Numbered from the stretch's first letter, positions 16,778 through 25,612 are shown. The stretch: DNA of 64,000 nucleotides from Candidatus Kaiserbacteria bacterium (GCA_016186705.1 JACPLB010000001.1:11106-75105), one strand, 5' to 3'. Numbers and translations are program-made. The notes: a model not told the origin generated them from the letters alone.

Positions 16778-18479
16778 TTTCATAGTACGCATCAGAGTCA
16801 TACTCGGATTCGTGCTTCTTGTCGCCGCCTTTCTTCTCACAAAACTCTATTTCGTGCAAATTGTCTACGGGGACGAATACAGCGCGCGCGCCGACCGGCA
16901 ATACGTTCGTCCAAACGAAAATCTTTTCGACCGCGGCTCGATTTTTTTTGAAGATAAGGATGGACGCCTTGTGTCTGCCGCAACTTTGAAAACCGGCTTT
17001 ACTGTTTCAATCAATCCGAATGTTCTTCAGAACCCGGAAAACGTGTATGAGAAAATTTCTGGAATCATTGAGCTTGACCGTGACGAATTTTTTAAGAGGG
17101 CGGGAAAAACTGACGACCCGTACGAAGAGATTGCGAAGCGGGTCTCTCCGGAGAACGGGCTTTTGATTGACGGGCTCCACATAGAAGGGGTAAAGGTTCA
17201 CAAGGAGCGCTGGCGTTTCTATCCGGGAGAAGCGCTCGCCGCGCAAACCATCGGGTTCGTTGCGTTTCAGGAAGACGAACTCTCTGGACGATACGGGCTC
17301 GAGCGGTACTATAATGACACGCTCTCGCGAAACACGAACAATCTTTACGTTAATTTTTTCGCGGAGATTTTTTCAAACATCAATACAGCGCTCTTCACAG
17401 GGGATGATGGACGGGAGGGCGACATCGTTACGACGATTGAACCGTCAGTCCAGCTTTTTCTTGAACGGAAGCTCGAGGAGATAGGTGAAAAGTGGAATCC
17501 GCGCCAGGCCGCCGGCATTATCATCAATCCGCAGAACGGGGAAATTTACGCGATGGGGATTTACCCGAGCTTCGACATCAATCGCTTTTCGGAAGTGGAA
17601 GACGCGTCCGTCTTCTCGCACTCCTTGGTTGAAGGAGCTTACGAAATGGGCTCGATTATAAAGCCTCTGACGCTTGCCGCAGGGCTCGACTCGGGGGCAA
17701 TCACGGCGGACACGACCTACTATGACCAAGGTTTTGTCACTCTTGACGGGTTAACCATCTCGAACTTTGACGGCAAAGGACGCGGACGCGTACCGATGCA
17801 GGAAATTTTGAATCAATCGCTCAATACCGGCGCGACATTCGTTATGCAGAAGATGGGCACGGAGACTTTCCGCGAATACATGCTTAAGTACGGTATCGGG
17901 AAAGAAACCGGCATTGACCTTCCGAATGAAGGCGTGGGCCTCGTAAAAAATCTTGAAAGTCCGCGTACGATTGAGTACGCGACGGCATCCTTCGGGCAGG
18001 GAATTGCCATAACGCCGATTGAGACCGTTCGTGCGCTCTCGACATTGGCGAACGGCGGGGTATTGGTCACTCCTCACCTCGGGAAAGAAATAAAGTACCG
18101 GACGGGGCTTTCAAAGACCATTTCGTATGTTGACGGGCAACGAGTGCTTCAAGAATCAACGTCGGAAGAAATTACTCGCATGCTCGTCAAGGTTGTCGAC
18201 GAAGCGCTCCTTGGCGGGACGGTCAAGTTTCCGAATTACAGCGTCGCGGCAAAAACAGGAACGGCGCAAATTGCGAATACCGAAGAGCGAGGGTACTATG
18301 ATGACAGGTTTCTCCATTCGTTTTTCGGCTATTTTCCGGCGTATGACCCGCGGTTCCTTGTTTTTTTTATCATGCTTGAGCCGAAGGAGGTTCGCTTTGC
18401 GTCGCAAACACTGACGCTTCCGTTTATCGACTCTGTTCATTTTTTAATCAACTACTACGACGTTCCGCCGGATAGATAA
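16737..18479 (+). CDS. ftsI: Peptidoglycan D,D-transpeptidase FtsI (PBP3)
   Basis: 580 aa with a TM anchor and SIIKP, SLN and KTGTAQ motifs; in dcw context. Confidence 0.8.
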   Translation: MSVAVSLKTIMRSNFIVRIRVILGFVLLVAAFLLTKLYFVQIVYGDEYSARADRQYVRPNENLFDRGSIFFEDKDGRLVSAATLKTGFTVSINPNVLQNPENVYEKISGIIELDRDEFFKRAGKTDDPYEEIAKRVSPENGLLIDGLHIEGVKVHKERWRFYPGEALAAQTIGFVAFQEDELSGRYGLERYYNDTLSRNTNNLYVNFFAEIFSNINTALFTGDDGREGDIVTTIEPSVQLFLERKLEEIGEKWNPRQAAGIIINPQNGEIYAMGIYPSFDINRFSEVEDASVFSHSLVEGAYEMGSIIKPLTLAAGLDSGAITADTTYYDQGFVTLDGLTISNFDGKGRGRVPMQEILNQSLNTGATFVMQKMGTETFREYMLKYGIGKETGIDLPNEGVGLVKNLESPRTIEYATASFGQGIAITPIETVRALSTLANGGVLVTPHLGKEIKYRTGLSKTISYVDGQRVLQESTSEEITRMLVKVVDEALLGGTVKFPNYSVAAKTGTAQIANTEERGYYDDRFLHSFFGYFPAYDPRFLVFFIMLEPKEVRFASQTLTLPFIDSVHFLINYYDVPPDR

Positions 18480-18498
18480 CTTTCCGCATCCCAGGGGG

Positions 18499-19809
18499 GT
18501 GTACTCGAGAGTTTCGTTGAACATGAGAGACATGCTTCGAAAAATCATTGTCGCGATTATTGAATGGGAGGCGGTTTTGGTATTGAAGAAATACAAACCG
18601 AAAATTATCGCAATAACCGGAAGTGTCGGAAAAACTTCAAGCAAGGACGCCATTTATGCCGTGATGAGCACCGCGTTTTTTGTGCGGAAGAGCGAAAAAA
18701 GCTTTAACAGCGACATTGGAGTTCCCCTCACCATTCTCGGATGTTCAAATGCTTGGAATAATCCTTTTTTGTGGGTAAAAAATATCATTGAAGGGCTCCT
18801 TCTTATTGCGCTCAAAAATCATTACCCCAAATGGCTCGTGCTTGAAGTGGGGGCGGATCGTCCAGACGACATCAAGAATATGTGCCGTTGGCTTACGCCC
18901 GACATCGTTGTGATGACCGCAATTCCCGATGTGCCTGTCCACGTTGAATTTTTCAGTTCTCCCGAAGAGGTTGTTGAGGAGAAAGAATGCCTCATACGGG
19001 CTCTAAAAGCCGAAGGAACGCTCATACTCAACCACGATGACTTAAAAGTTCGAGGGTTCGCGCAGAAATATTCTCATCCCACTCTCACGTTCGGTTTTGA
19101 AGACGGTGCGCGTTTCCTGGCGTCGCACGACACCTATGACGTGGGGAAGCGGCACACGTCCTTCCGCATTGATTCGAACGGAAGCAGTGTGCCGGTTGTT
19201 GTCAAAGACGTTCTCGGACGTCAGCATATTTATCCGGTACTTGCCGCGTTTGCCGTCGGAGCGTCGCAGGGACTCGATATGGCGTCAATGGCAGGCGCGT
19301 TTGAAAATTATGAGACGCCGCCGGGACGGATGAAAATTCTTGATGGCGTCAGGAAATCGATTATTATTGATGACAGTTACAACTCGTCTCCCGCCGCCCT
19401 TACCGAAGCGCTTCTTGTTCTTAAGGGAATTACTCCGTCGGGCACGGGGAGAAAATACGCGGTTCTCGGCGACATGATGGAGCTCGGCACGTACTCAATT
19501 GAAGAGCACCGTAAGGCGGGCACACGTGCGGCGGAGAGCGCCGACCGTCTTGTGACGGTCGGAATTCGGGCGCGCGACATACAGAAAGAAGCGGTGAGGG
19601 CAGGTTTGGACAAACGTTACGCATTTCATTTTGAAGATTCACGGAAGGCTGCGGAAAAGGTACGTGACATGCTTGATAAAGGGGATATTGTTTTGGTTAA
19701 AGGTTCGCAGTCAATGCGCATGGAGTACATTATCAAAGAAGCGCTTGCAAACCCGAAAGATGCAAAGAAGCTTCTCGTGCGGCAGGACAGAGAGTGGCTC
19801 CGACGCTAA
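18499..19809 (+). CDS. murF: Mur ligase, most likely UDP-MurNAc-tripeptide--D-Ala-D-Ala ligase MurF (MurE not excluded)
   Basis: ITGSVGKTSSKD P-loop, Mur ligase middle and C-terminal domains; 436 aa. Confidence 0.65.
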   Translation: MYSRVSLNMRDMLRKIIVAIIEWEAVLVLKKYKPKIIAITGSVGKTSSKDAIYAVMSTAFFVRKSEKSFNSDIGVPLTILGCSNAWNNPFLWVKNIIEGLLLIALKNHYPKWLVLEVGADRPDDIKNMCRWLTPDIVVMTAIPDVPVHVEFFSSPEEVVEEKECLIRALKAEGTLILNHDDLKVRGFAQKYSHPTLTFGFEDGARFLASHDTYDVGKRHTSFRIDSNGSSVPVVVKDVLGRQHIYPVLAAFAVGASQGLDMASMAGAFENYETPPGRMKILDGVRKSIIIDDSYNSSPAALTEALLVLKGITPSGTGRKYAVLGDMMELGTYSIEEHRKAGTRAAESADRLVTVGIRARDIQKEAVRAGLDKRYAFHFEDSRKAAEKVRDMLDKGDIVLVKGSQSMRMEYIIKEALANPKDAKKLLVRQDREWLRR

Positions 19810-19833
19810 AGTTTAAGGGAACTATATACAAAG

Positions 19834-19956
19834 TTACCCTAGAATAAAAACTTTATAAATTAAAGCTCCTAAAACTAAGCAGACTATTAAGTAACCAATA
19901 TAAGCCGCTTTCTGCTCCTTTTCTAATTGTGTAACTCTATTTTCTAAATCATCCAT
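19834..19956 (-). CDS. Small membrane peptide (40 aa, MDDLENRVTQLEKEQKAAYIGYLIVCLVLGALIYKVFILG)
   Basis: Hand-translated from the AT-rich insert: a coiled N-terminus plus one C-terminal TM helix. Type-I-toxin- or holin-like architecture. Below the 60-aa ORF cutoff. Confidence 0.3.
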   Translation of the reverse strand: MDDLENRVTQLEKEQKAAYIGYLIVCLVLGALIYKVFILG

Positions 19957-19971
19957 AAATTTCTACATACA

Positions 19972-20124
19972 CTATTTTTTCTTTCGCTCGATGTCCGTTT
20001 TCTTTTTAGAATGTGCAATAGCACCAAGCACCTCGTCAAATGAAGCGTCTATTGGTTTATGTATTTTAGGTTTTCGTCCTCGTGTTTCCTTCATTATGCA
20101 TGCGATAAGTCTCTTGTAAGACAT
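19972..20124 (-). CDS. Small basic protein (50 aa, MSYKRLIACIMKETRGRKPKIHKPIDASFDEVLGAIAHSKKKTDIERKKK)
   Basis: Hand-translated; lysine/arginine-rich, possibly DNA/RNA-binding. It runs divergently from the hicB-like gene. Confidence 0.25.
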   Translation of the reverse strand: MSYKRLIACIMKETRGRKPKIHKPIDASFDEVLGAIAHSKKKTDIERKKK

Positions 20125-20220
20125 TTTACCATTTATGGAAATAATATGATATAAAATATATTCCTTGTCAAAGTAAGTTTCTTTTGTTAAACTAATACTA
20201 AAGATATATAATCATTACAT

Positions 20221-20622
20221 ATGAGCAGGGGTAATTCTCATCCAAACTTAGTAGTCTTAGCTGTGTATAAATCGCATATCAATAAAGGTATGTGGAAGGG
20301 TTTTTGTGCACCTTATGGTGTCACTACTCAAGCAACAACATGTGAGGAAGCTAAAACTCACCTCGAGGAGTTAGTTGAACTATACGAAGAAGGATTGAAG
20401 AAATACAATTACCCTAAACATCTAGTATTCCAAGAATTACAAGATGTCGAAGATAATAAGGTGCTCAAGCTAGTTTGGAAAGAGGTGACTAGAACATTGG
20501 GACAAAAGATGAAGGAGGAACGGAATTTCATTGAGTTTACAAAACAAAGCAACGAGGGAAGTTTAAAACTTGACGGCGGTATCGTATCTTTTTATCAGCC
20601 CAGTTTTGTAATGCAAACATAA
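20221..20622 (+). CDS. HicB-like (UPF0150) antitoxin-domain protein
   Basis: GMWKGFCAPYGVTTQATTCEEAKTHLEELVELYEE matches the HicB N-terminal pattern (G..a.cPdlPGc.tqGdT.EEA..n..EAI.LyLE). AT-rich context. Confidence 0.55.
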   Translation: MSRGNSHPNLVVLAVYKSHINKGMWKGFCAPYGVTTQATTCEEAKTHLEELVELYEEGLKKYNYPKHLVFQELQDVEDNKVLKLVWKEVTRTLGQKMKEERNFIEFTKQSNEGSLKLDGGIVSFYQPSFVMQT

Positions 20623-20623
20623 T

Positions 20624-20869
20624 GTGGCTGTTCCGACAAATATCAAGTTTAAGGATTATGTAAAAGTTGTTAAGTTGATTGCAGCGCGGAAATTTGATTC
20701 ATTCTCTTATATTAAGAAACGAGGCTCTGCACGCCGTTTTGATTTTATAAAAAACGAAAAACCACTTATGCAAGTAGTGCACGAGGAAAAGTATATATAT
20801 TCAAAGGATTTTAAGCAGACATTAGAGAAACTAGAAGTAACCGAGGAAGAATTTAGAAGTTATTTTTAG
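20624..20869 (+). CDS. HicA-like (YcfA-type) mRNA-interferase toxin candidate
   Basis: 81 aa. K..D..K.L...GF......GSARRF and VVHEEKYIYSKDFKQTLEKLEVTEEEF resemble the HicA GSH..F and vPvH.gkdl..gtl.sIlkqagl..eeF segments. It starts 2 nt after the HicB-like stop. Confidence 0.45.
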   Translation: MAVPTNIKFKDYVKVVKLIAARKFDSFSYIKKRGSARRFDFIKNEKPLMQVVHEEKYIYSKDFKQTLEKLEVTEEEFRSYF

Positions 20870-20978
20870 GGTAACTAAGTATAGTATATAGTTCTCAAGT
20901 TTAAAGTATTGCCAAAGTCATAGATTTGTGGTATCCTGACAAACAGAGACTCAACCTGGGCAAGAAAGGATTTAACCG

Positions 20979-21437
20979 ATGAAGAAGAACATCTTCGTGG
21001 CGATACTCGCCGCCCTCTTCACGTTCACGGTGTTCGGAACTCCATCAGCTTCTGCAGGAGCGATTGGCAAGAAAGAGCCGCTTCCGCAGAAGGTTTCTTT
21101 TTCCTTCAGCGGAGAAGGGAAGGTTGTCGATGTGCCGTATAACTTCGACGAACATGCCGACCGGGATTTCAGACAGTCCTTTGAGCACGACGGCAAACTT
21201 TACTGGCTCGTGTTCAAAAGCCCGATTCAACGAGGTTCCGATGTTCGGCTTTTCAAGACCCCTGATGATTCCAGCGGCTCGCTTCTCTACGAAGGAAAGA
21301 TGTGGGTCTGCGGGAAATCAAAAGCCAGGAAATGGATTCGTTGGAGCATGGAATCCGACACGGTGAAGGGGATGAAACCCGACGAAATCAAAGATATGAA
21401 CACGGGTGCGTACGGCGCCTGTAAAATCAAAGAATAG
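20979..21437 (+). CDS. Hypothetical secreted protein
   Basis: 152 aa with a clear signal peptide (MKKNIFVAILAALFTFTVFGTPSASA). No recognisable domain. Confidence 0.55.
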   Translation: MKKNIFVAILAALFTFTVFGTPSASAGAIGKKEPLPQKVSFSFSGEGKVVDVPYNFDEHADRDFRQSFEHDGKLYWLVFKSPIQRGSDVRLFKTPDDSSGSLLYEGKMWVCGKSKARKWIRWSMESDTVKGMKPDEIKDMNTGAYGACKIKE

Positions 21438-21450
21438 GTCCATTGGATTC

Positions 21451-21477
21451 GGGGGCGCACCATGAACGGTGCGCCCC
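21451..21477 (+). terminator. Rho-independent terminator (GGGGGCGCACC-atgaac-GGTGCGCCCC + T-rich)
   Basis: 10-bp GC stem followed by TTAAACTTTTAAAT. Confidence 0.6.
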
Positions 21478-21576
21478 TTAAACTTTTAAATATTTACTGG
21501 GGTATGTATATGCTGTACAATCCGATGAATAACACACCTGTATGTGTTATTTCTTTTGGCTTATTTCGGACATATC

Positions 21577-21609
21577 CTGAAAGCTCAAAGCTCTAAGCTA
21601 AAAGCTAAT
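21577..21609 (+). repeat. AAGCT-heptad element copy (CCTGAAAGCTCAAAGCTCTAAGCTAAAAGCTAATC) ending 2 nt before tRNA-Glu
   Basis: Forward orientation directly 5' of the tRNA gene. Confidence 0.75.
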
Positions 21610-21611
21610 CT

Positions 21612-21683
21612 GGCCCTATCGTCTAACGGTCAGGACACAGGCTTCTCAAGCCTGGAATCGGGGTTCGATTCCCCGTAGGGTCA
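21612..21683 (+). tRNA. tRNA-Glu (anticodon CUC)
   Basis: Hand-folded cloverleaf: acceptor GGCCCTA/TAGGGTC, D-arm GTCT...GGAC, anticodon stem CAGGC/GCCTG with loop TTCTCAA, T-arm CGGGG-TTCGATT-CCCCG, discriminator A. CCA is not encoded. Confidence 0.8.
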
Positions 21684-21774
21684 TGATTTGACAAAAATCG
21701 TTGTTTATGCTATTCTATATTTAGTTAAACCAGCCCCGTCGCATTGCGACAATCATCTGAAGAGGAGAGACCAC

Positions 21775-22158
21775 ATGTTAGCGTTTCTCGAGCGGAAGAA
21801 GTTATCGGCAAAACCCGCCGTTTCGCTCTCGCCCAAGGAGGTTGAGGAGTTTATGAAGCTCCTCGACGAAATCGAGAACGAGCAACTCTGGAATGTACCC
21901 CTTCACATCGCCGTTGGCGACTACATGCTCCGCACTGGCACCACCTACCCCGAACTCATGCGGCGGTACGAGGCGGTATGTCCGGACTATCGCAAAAAGG
22001 ACTTCCCGTTGCAGGAGGGTCTGCGTATCGCCGGCACATGGATGGAAAGGTATCGCCCAAGCATCGTTTCGCAGATCTACATCAAAGCGAGCGCAGGCAA
22101 ACCTTTCAGTCCGAAGGATGTGATCCAGCACAAATTTCAGTCCATAATCCGTGGCTGA
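21775..22158 (+). CDS. Hypothetical protein (127 aa) immediately downstream of tRNA-Glu
   Basis: The internal ATG has a good SD (GGAGAG, 8 nt upstream). No recognisable domain. Confidence 0.45.
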   Translation: MLAFLERKKLSAKPAVSLSPKEVEEFMKLLDEIENEQLWNVPLHIAVGDYMLRTGTTYPELMRRYEAVCPDYRKKDFPLQEGLRIAGTWMERYRPSIVSQIYIKASAGKPFSPKDVIQHKFQSIIRG

Positions 22159-22178
22159 CAGCGGTCATCAAGGAACTC

Positions 22179-22220
22179 AAAAGGCCCACAGTGAATCAAG
22201 TAGCTGGGGCCTTTTCTTTT
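22179..22220 (+). terminator. Terminator hairpin (AAGGCCCACAG...CTGGGGCCTTTTCTTTT)
   Basis: Stem with a one-base bulge followed by a T-run. Confidence 0.5.
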
Positions 22221-22385
22221 ATAATAGAGATAATCTTTTATATCACTAGACAGGCTCGGATTCGTACTTAGGCAGTTCTGAAAGCCATCCTAAAGGGTCA
22301 CAAATTGGAACTTGTGACCGGTCCTTCTAAAATGCAGAACTTAACCGACGGCATATTTTCTGTTATCATGTAAAATGAAACTATT

Positions 22386-22919
22386 ATGAAAAATGCACTT
22401 ATTGTCGGCGTAGTCGCCATACTTCTCCTTATCGGAGGCGTCTGGTGGTCAAACAGCTTAAAGCAAAAAGCAATCAGTACTGAAATTGAAGGAGTGCAGA
22501 CGTATACAGAAACTAATAGAGGGCATGTACAGGGAGGGATTGTGTATGATGAAATACCTCCTGTCGGTGGAGCGCACAGTCCCGTGTGGGCGGCGTGCAA
22601 CGGAAATATTTACAATGAGCCGATTCCCAACGGACAGGCAGTCCACTCGCTCGAACACGGTGCTGTGTGGATTACATACAAGCCCGACATCGGAGCGGAC
22701 AGCATCGCTTCGCTTGAAGACAAAGTGCGCGGCTATACGTTCATGAGCCCGCTTCCGGAACAAGAATTCCCGATCACACTTACCGCGTGGGGTGTTCAGC
22801 TGTCACTCGACTCTTCCGATGACCCTCGAATTGACCAATTTTTGAAAAAGTTCAGGCAAGGGCCACAGACGCCGGAACCGGGAGCGACGTGCAGTCCGGT
22901 CCCGGGCGGCGTTCGTTAA
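22386..22919 (+). CDS. DUF3105-family membrane-anchored protein
   Basis: N-terminal TM plus GGAHSPVWAACNG...AVHSLEHGAVWITY, the DUF3105 signature. Confidence 0.6.
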   Translation: MKNALIVGVVAILLLIGGVWWSNSLKQKAISTEIEGVQTYTETNRGHVQGGIVYDEIPPVGGAHSPVWAACNGNIYNEPIPNGQAVHSLEHGAVWITYKPDIGADSIASLEDKVRGYTFMSPLPEQEFPITLTAWGVQLSLDSSDDPRIDQFLKKFRQGPQTPEPGATCSPVPGGVR

Positions 22920-23021
22920 GTTCTCTTGCGTTACAGTAGCATTGCTAGTGGTTTTTTGACAAAACTCTGACAAAACAAGAACCCGCCGGTTATGAGCCGG
23001 CGGGCAGGGCGTAGAGAACAC

Positions 23022-23699
23022 TTATCGTTTGAATGGACGAGCCAGCAAGGCACGTCCCGTGGCGCGTCTCGCGGCAACACCGGCGTCTTTCACGTACTCG
23101 TTAAGATGTTTTTTGTGCGCCTGCGTACTGCAGTGAAGCATCTCGAGTGTCAGGTCAAGGTCTTCACCGCTAATGTTGAGTCTCTTGGCGTTCTTCCGGA
23201 GCGCTTCCATCACCGGGCGGATTTTCTTGTCGGGAATTCTAGACTCTTGAAGAAGTACGCATATGAAGCGAAATGCTATCCAATCATCAGGTCCGTGGAC
23301 CGTGTCAAGAAGCTTAATGATACTCTCGGGAAACGGCTCAAGAGACTCTTCCGTAGAAGAAGAGAAACCTTCAATCCGCTCCTCCAGATACCTCAGGTTA
23401 TTTTTTAGCCAGGTATACCGAGAAACACCGAGACGTTTCGCGAGTGCCAGAAGCTCGAGACTGAGCACGGTAAGAGATACGAGGTCAGGCATTCTCGTAC
23501 CGCATATGATGGCGCACACCGTCCTCAAGGAGGGTGACGGGTACTTTGCGAACACCTCGTCAGGATTGTTTAGTTGCTGCAGAAGAACTTTCTCGAAGTG
23601 CTTTTTGTTGTTCAAGGAAACCTCCCTTGTGAAGGTTGATACACAATGAAAGAAACTGCCATCTTTCCACACCATACGTGCGTTTTTTTGTTCTGTCAA
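23022..23699 (-). CDS. Hypothetical protein (225 aa), possible HTH segment (LALAKRLGVSRYTWLKNNLRYLEERI)
   Basis: Long ORF with no clear family match. Confidence 0.4.
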   Translation of the reverse strand: MTEQKNARMVWKDGSFFHCVSTFTREVSLNNKKHFEKVLLQQLNNPDEVFAKYPSPSLRTVCAIICGTRMPDLVSLTVLSLELLALAKRLGVSRYTWLKNNLRYLEERIEGFSSSTEESLEPFPESIIKLLDTVHGPDDWIAFRFICVLLQESRIPDKKIRPVMEALRKNAKRLNISGEDLDLTLEMLHCSTQAHKKHLNEYVKDAGVAARRATGRALLARPFKR

Positions 23700-23751
23700 A
23701 TTTCTTTTTCCTATTCTTTTTAGCGGTTAAGGTGTACTACTATTACATTGT

Positions 23752-24276
23752 ATGAAAAAAATTCTCCTATCGTCATTTTTCAATCGTAAGACGCTCTTGG
23801 TTGCCGAAGAGCTTATAGGCAAGTTTCTGGTACGGCGTGTCCGGGGAAAAGAAAAAGCACTCATGATTTGTGAAACAGAGGCGTACGATGGATTCAAAGA
23901 CAAAGCGTCGCATGCACATCGTGGAAAAACTACACGGAATGAGATTATGTTCCGTGAAGCGGGACATATCTACGTGTACTTTACTTACGGCATGCACTAC
24001 ATGCTCAATATCGTGACGGGAAACAAAGATTACCCCGCGGCGGTCTTGTTGCGCGCCGTCGAGGGAGTGAGCGGTCCGGGGCGGCTTACCAAGAAGCTCC
24101 GCATTGATAAAAAACTCAATGGGAAGTTTCTCGGCAGAAAAACAGGTTTGTGGATTGAGGATAGGGGAGTTACGATTCAAAAAAAGCTGATACGGAGAAC
24201 TCCCCGCATCGGTATCCGTTACGCTGAAGAGTGGGCGAAAAAGCCATACAGGTTTGTTATGAAAGGTAAAAACTAG
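23752..24276 (+). CDS. mpg: DNA-3-methyladenine glycosylase (MPG/AAG family)
   Basis: ETEAYDG..DKASHA...TTRNEIMF.EAGHIYVYFTYGMH, the classic MPG motifs. Confidence 0.8.
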   Translation: MKKILLSSFFNRKTLLVAEELIGKFLVRRVRGKEKALMICETEAYDGFKDKASHAHRGKTTRNEIMFREAGHIYVYFTYGMHYMLNIVTGNKDYPAAVLLRAVEGVSGPGRLTKKLRIDKKLNGKFLGRKTGLWIEDRGVTIQKKLIRRTPRIGIRYAEEWAKKPYRFVMKGKN

Positions 24277-24311
24277 AAATTACGTCGCTCTTGATTCATA
24301 ATATATAGGTA

Positions 24312-25262
24312 ATGGAGTTATCACTCGTCCTTTTTTTCATCGGATTCGCTATTCTGATTTATAGCGCTCGTCTTTTGGTGCGCGGAGCGGCATCTATTGC
24401 CACAATTCTCAATATCACCCCGTGGGTTATTGGCGTTGTGATTGTCGGCATCGGCACGTCAATTCCAGAACTTTCCATCAGCATTTCCGCCGCGCTTGCC
24501 GGCAACAATATCGGACTCGGGACGATTATCGGAAGCAATACCTTCAATCTGCTCTTCATTCTTGGTCTTGCCGCGCTTTTTTCACCACTGTACATCAAAG
24601 AGGAGTGGTACGAAGACATTTTCATCAACATCGTCGCGGTTATTATCGGAGTGCTTGTGATATTCCTGCCGCTTCTCGGCGACAGGACGTTCTTCGGTCT
24701 TACGCGCGCGGAAGGAGCGCTCTTGTTCGGATTCTTCATTCTATGGCTTTTTTTAATGTTCCGGCGCAAGGGAATCAGGGATGACGGTATTGATTATCAA
24801 ATTCTTGCTTCATTTACATCCGTCATTTTTATTATCGTCGGTCTTGCGGGAGTCTTTTTGGGAGGGGAGTGGGTAGTCTCGGGCGCTGAAACGCTCGCAC
24901 TGCTCTTTTCCGTGCCTCCCGCGATTATTGGACTTACCGTCGTTGCCGTTGGCACCTCGCTTCCGGAGCTTACCGTTTCTCTCGTCGCTCTTCTCCAGAA
25001 GAAAAACAGCATCGCTGTCGGGAACATCATTGGCTCGAATATTTTCGATTTTCTCGGCATCCTGGGCATTACCGCACTCATCAAGCCGCTCATGGTCCTG
25101 GAGAAGGTGGGGATAGACGCGCTTACAACCCTTGCGGCAACGATTATCATTGCCATCCTTATCTTTGCAGTGGGGAAGCGGGGGATGCTCTCGCGGGCAG
25201 AGGGCGTTATTCTCATCCTCTCGTACATCGCGTACCTCGTCTTCATCTTTTTAAATATGTAA
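24312..25262 (+). CDS. Ca2+/Na+ antiporter (CaCA family, YrbG-like)
   Basis: Two alpha-repeat signatures, GTSIPEL and GTSLPEL; ~10 TM. Confidence 0.8.
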   Translation: MELSLVLFFIGFAILIYSARLLVRGAASIATILNITPWVIGVVIVGIGTSIPELSISISAALAGNNIGLGTIIGSNTFNLLFILGLAALFSPLYIKEEWYEDIFINIVAVIIGVLVIFLPLLGDRTFFGLTRAEGALLFGFFILWLFLMFRRKGIRDDGIDYQILASFTSVIFIIVGLAGVFLGGEWVVSGAETLALLFSVPPAIIGLTVVAVGTSLPELTVSLVALLQKKNSIAVGNIIGSNIFDFLGILGITALIKPLMVLEKVGIDALTTLAATIIIAILIFAVGKRGMLSRAEGVILILSYIAYLVFIFLNM

Positions 25263-25266
25263 TGTT

Positions 25267-25299
25267 AAAAGCGCGACCCTGGGTTAGTCGCGCTTTTCG
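25267..25299. terminator. Bidirectional terminator (AAAAGCGCGACCC-tgggtta-GTCGCGCTTTTCG)
   Basis: GC stem flanked by A- and T-runs. Confidence 0.6.
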
Positions 25300-25598
25300 A
25301 GCAACAGGTTTCCCTGCCGACTCTTTATATCCTCCAATCTTTTTCTCTTTTCCTCCCTTCTTTTTCTCTTCTCCTCTCTCCGTTTGTTCTCCCTTTTCTT
25401 GAAATTGCCGAAGCGTCCTTGCTCGGAGAGTATCCTTCGTTCGAGCTCGAAATCGCAGAGCTTTCGGGACATACTGAAGTACTCTTGTATAACGTACCGA
25501 GTTATTCTTCCCTCAAACCCGCGGCAACCTCGAGCCCATCGGCTAATCCTTACAAAATAGCCGTACGCTTCAGAGTCTTTCGGTTTGTATCGGGGCAC
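25284..25598 (-). CDS. Hypothetical highly charged low-complexity protein (KR/E-rich C-terminus); may be one frameshifted gene together with 25613..25834
   Basis: 104-aa ORF whose C-terminus (RENKRREEKRKRREEKRKRLEDIK) is encoded by a polypurine tract. Coding status uncertain. Confidence 0.25.
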   Translation of the reverse strand: MPRYKPKDSEAYGYFVRISRWARGCRGFEGRITRYVIQEYFSMSRKLCDFELERRILSEQGRFGNFKKRENKRREEKRKRREEKRKRLEDIKSRQGNLLLEKRD

Positions 25599-25612
25599 CG
25601 AGCACCTCTCTT

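Noticed and set aside
19810-23700. Integrase, transposase or attL/attR repeats defining a mobile island around tRNA-Glu
   Set aside because: No tyrosine- or serine-recombinase or DDE motifs appear in any frame, and I saw no duplicated tRNA 3'-end segment. The island hypothesis rests on composition and gene content only.
25320-25400. Possible CRISPR array or tandem repeat in the pyrimidine-rich tract
   Set aside because: It is a homopolymer-like CT-rich stretch with no repeat-spacer periodicity, and no cas genes are nearby.
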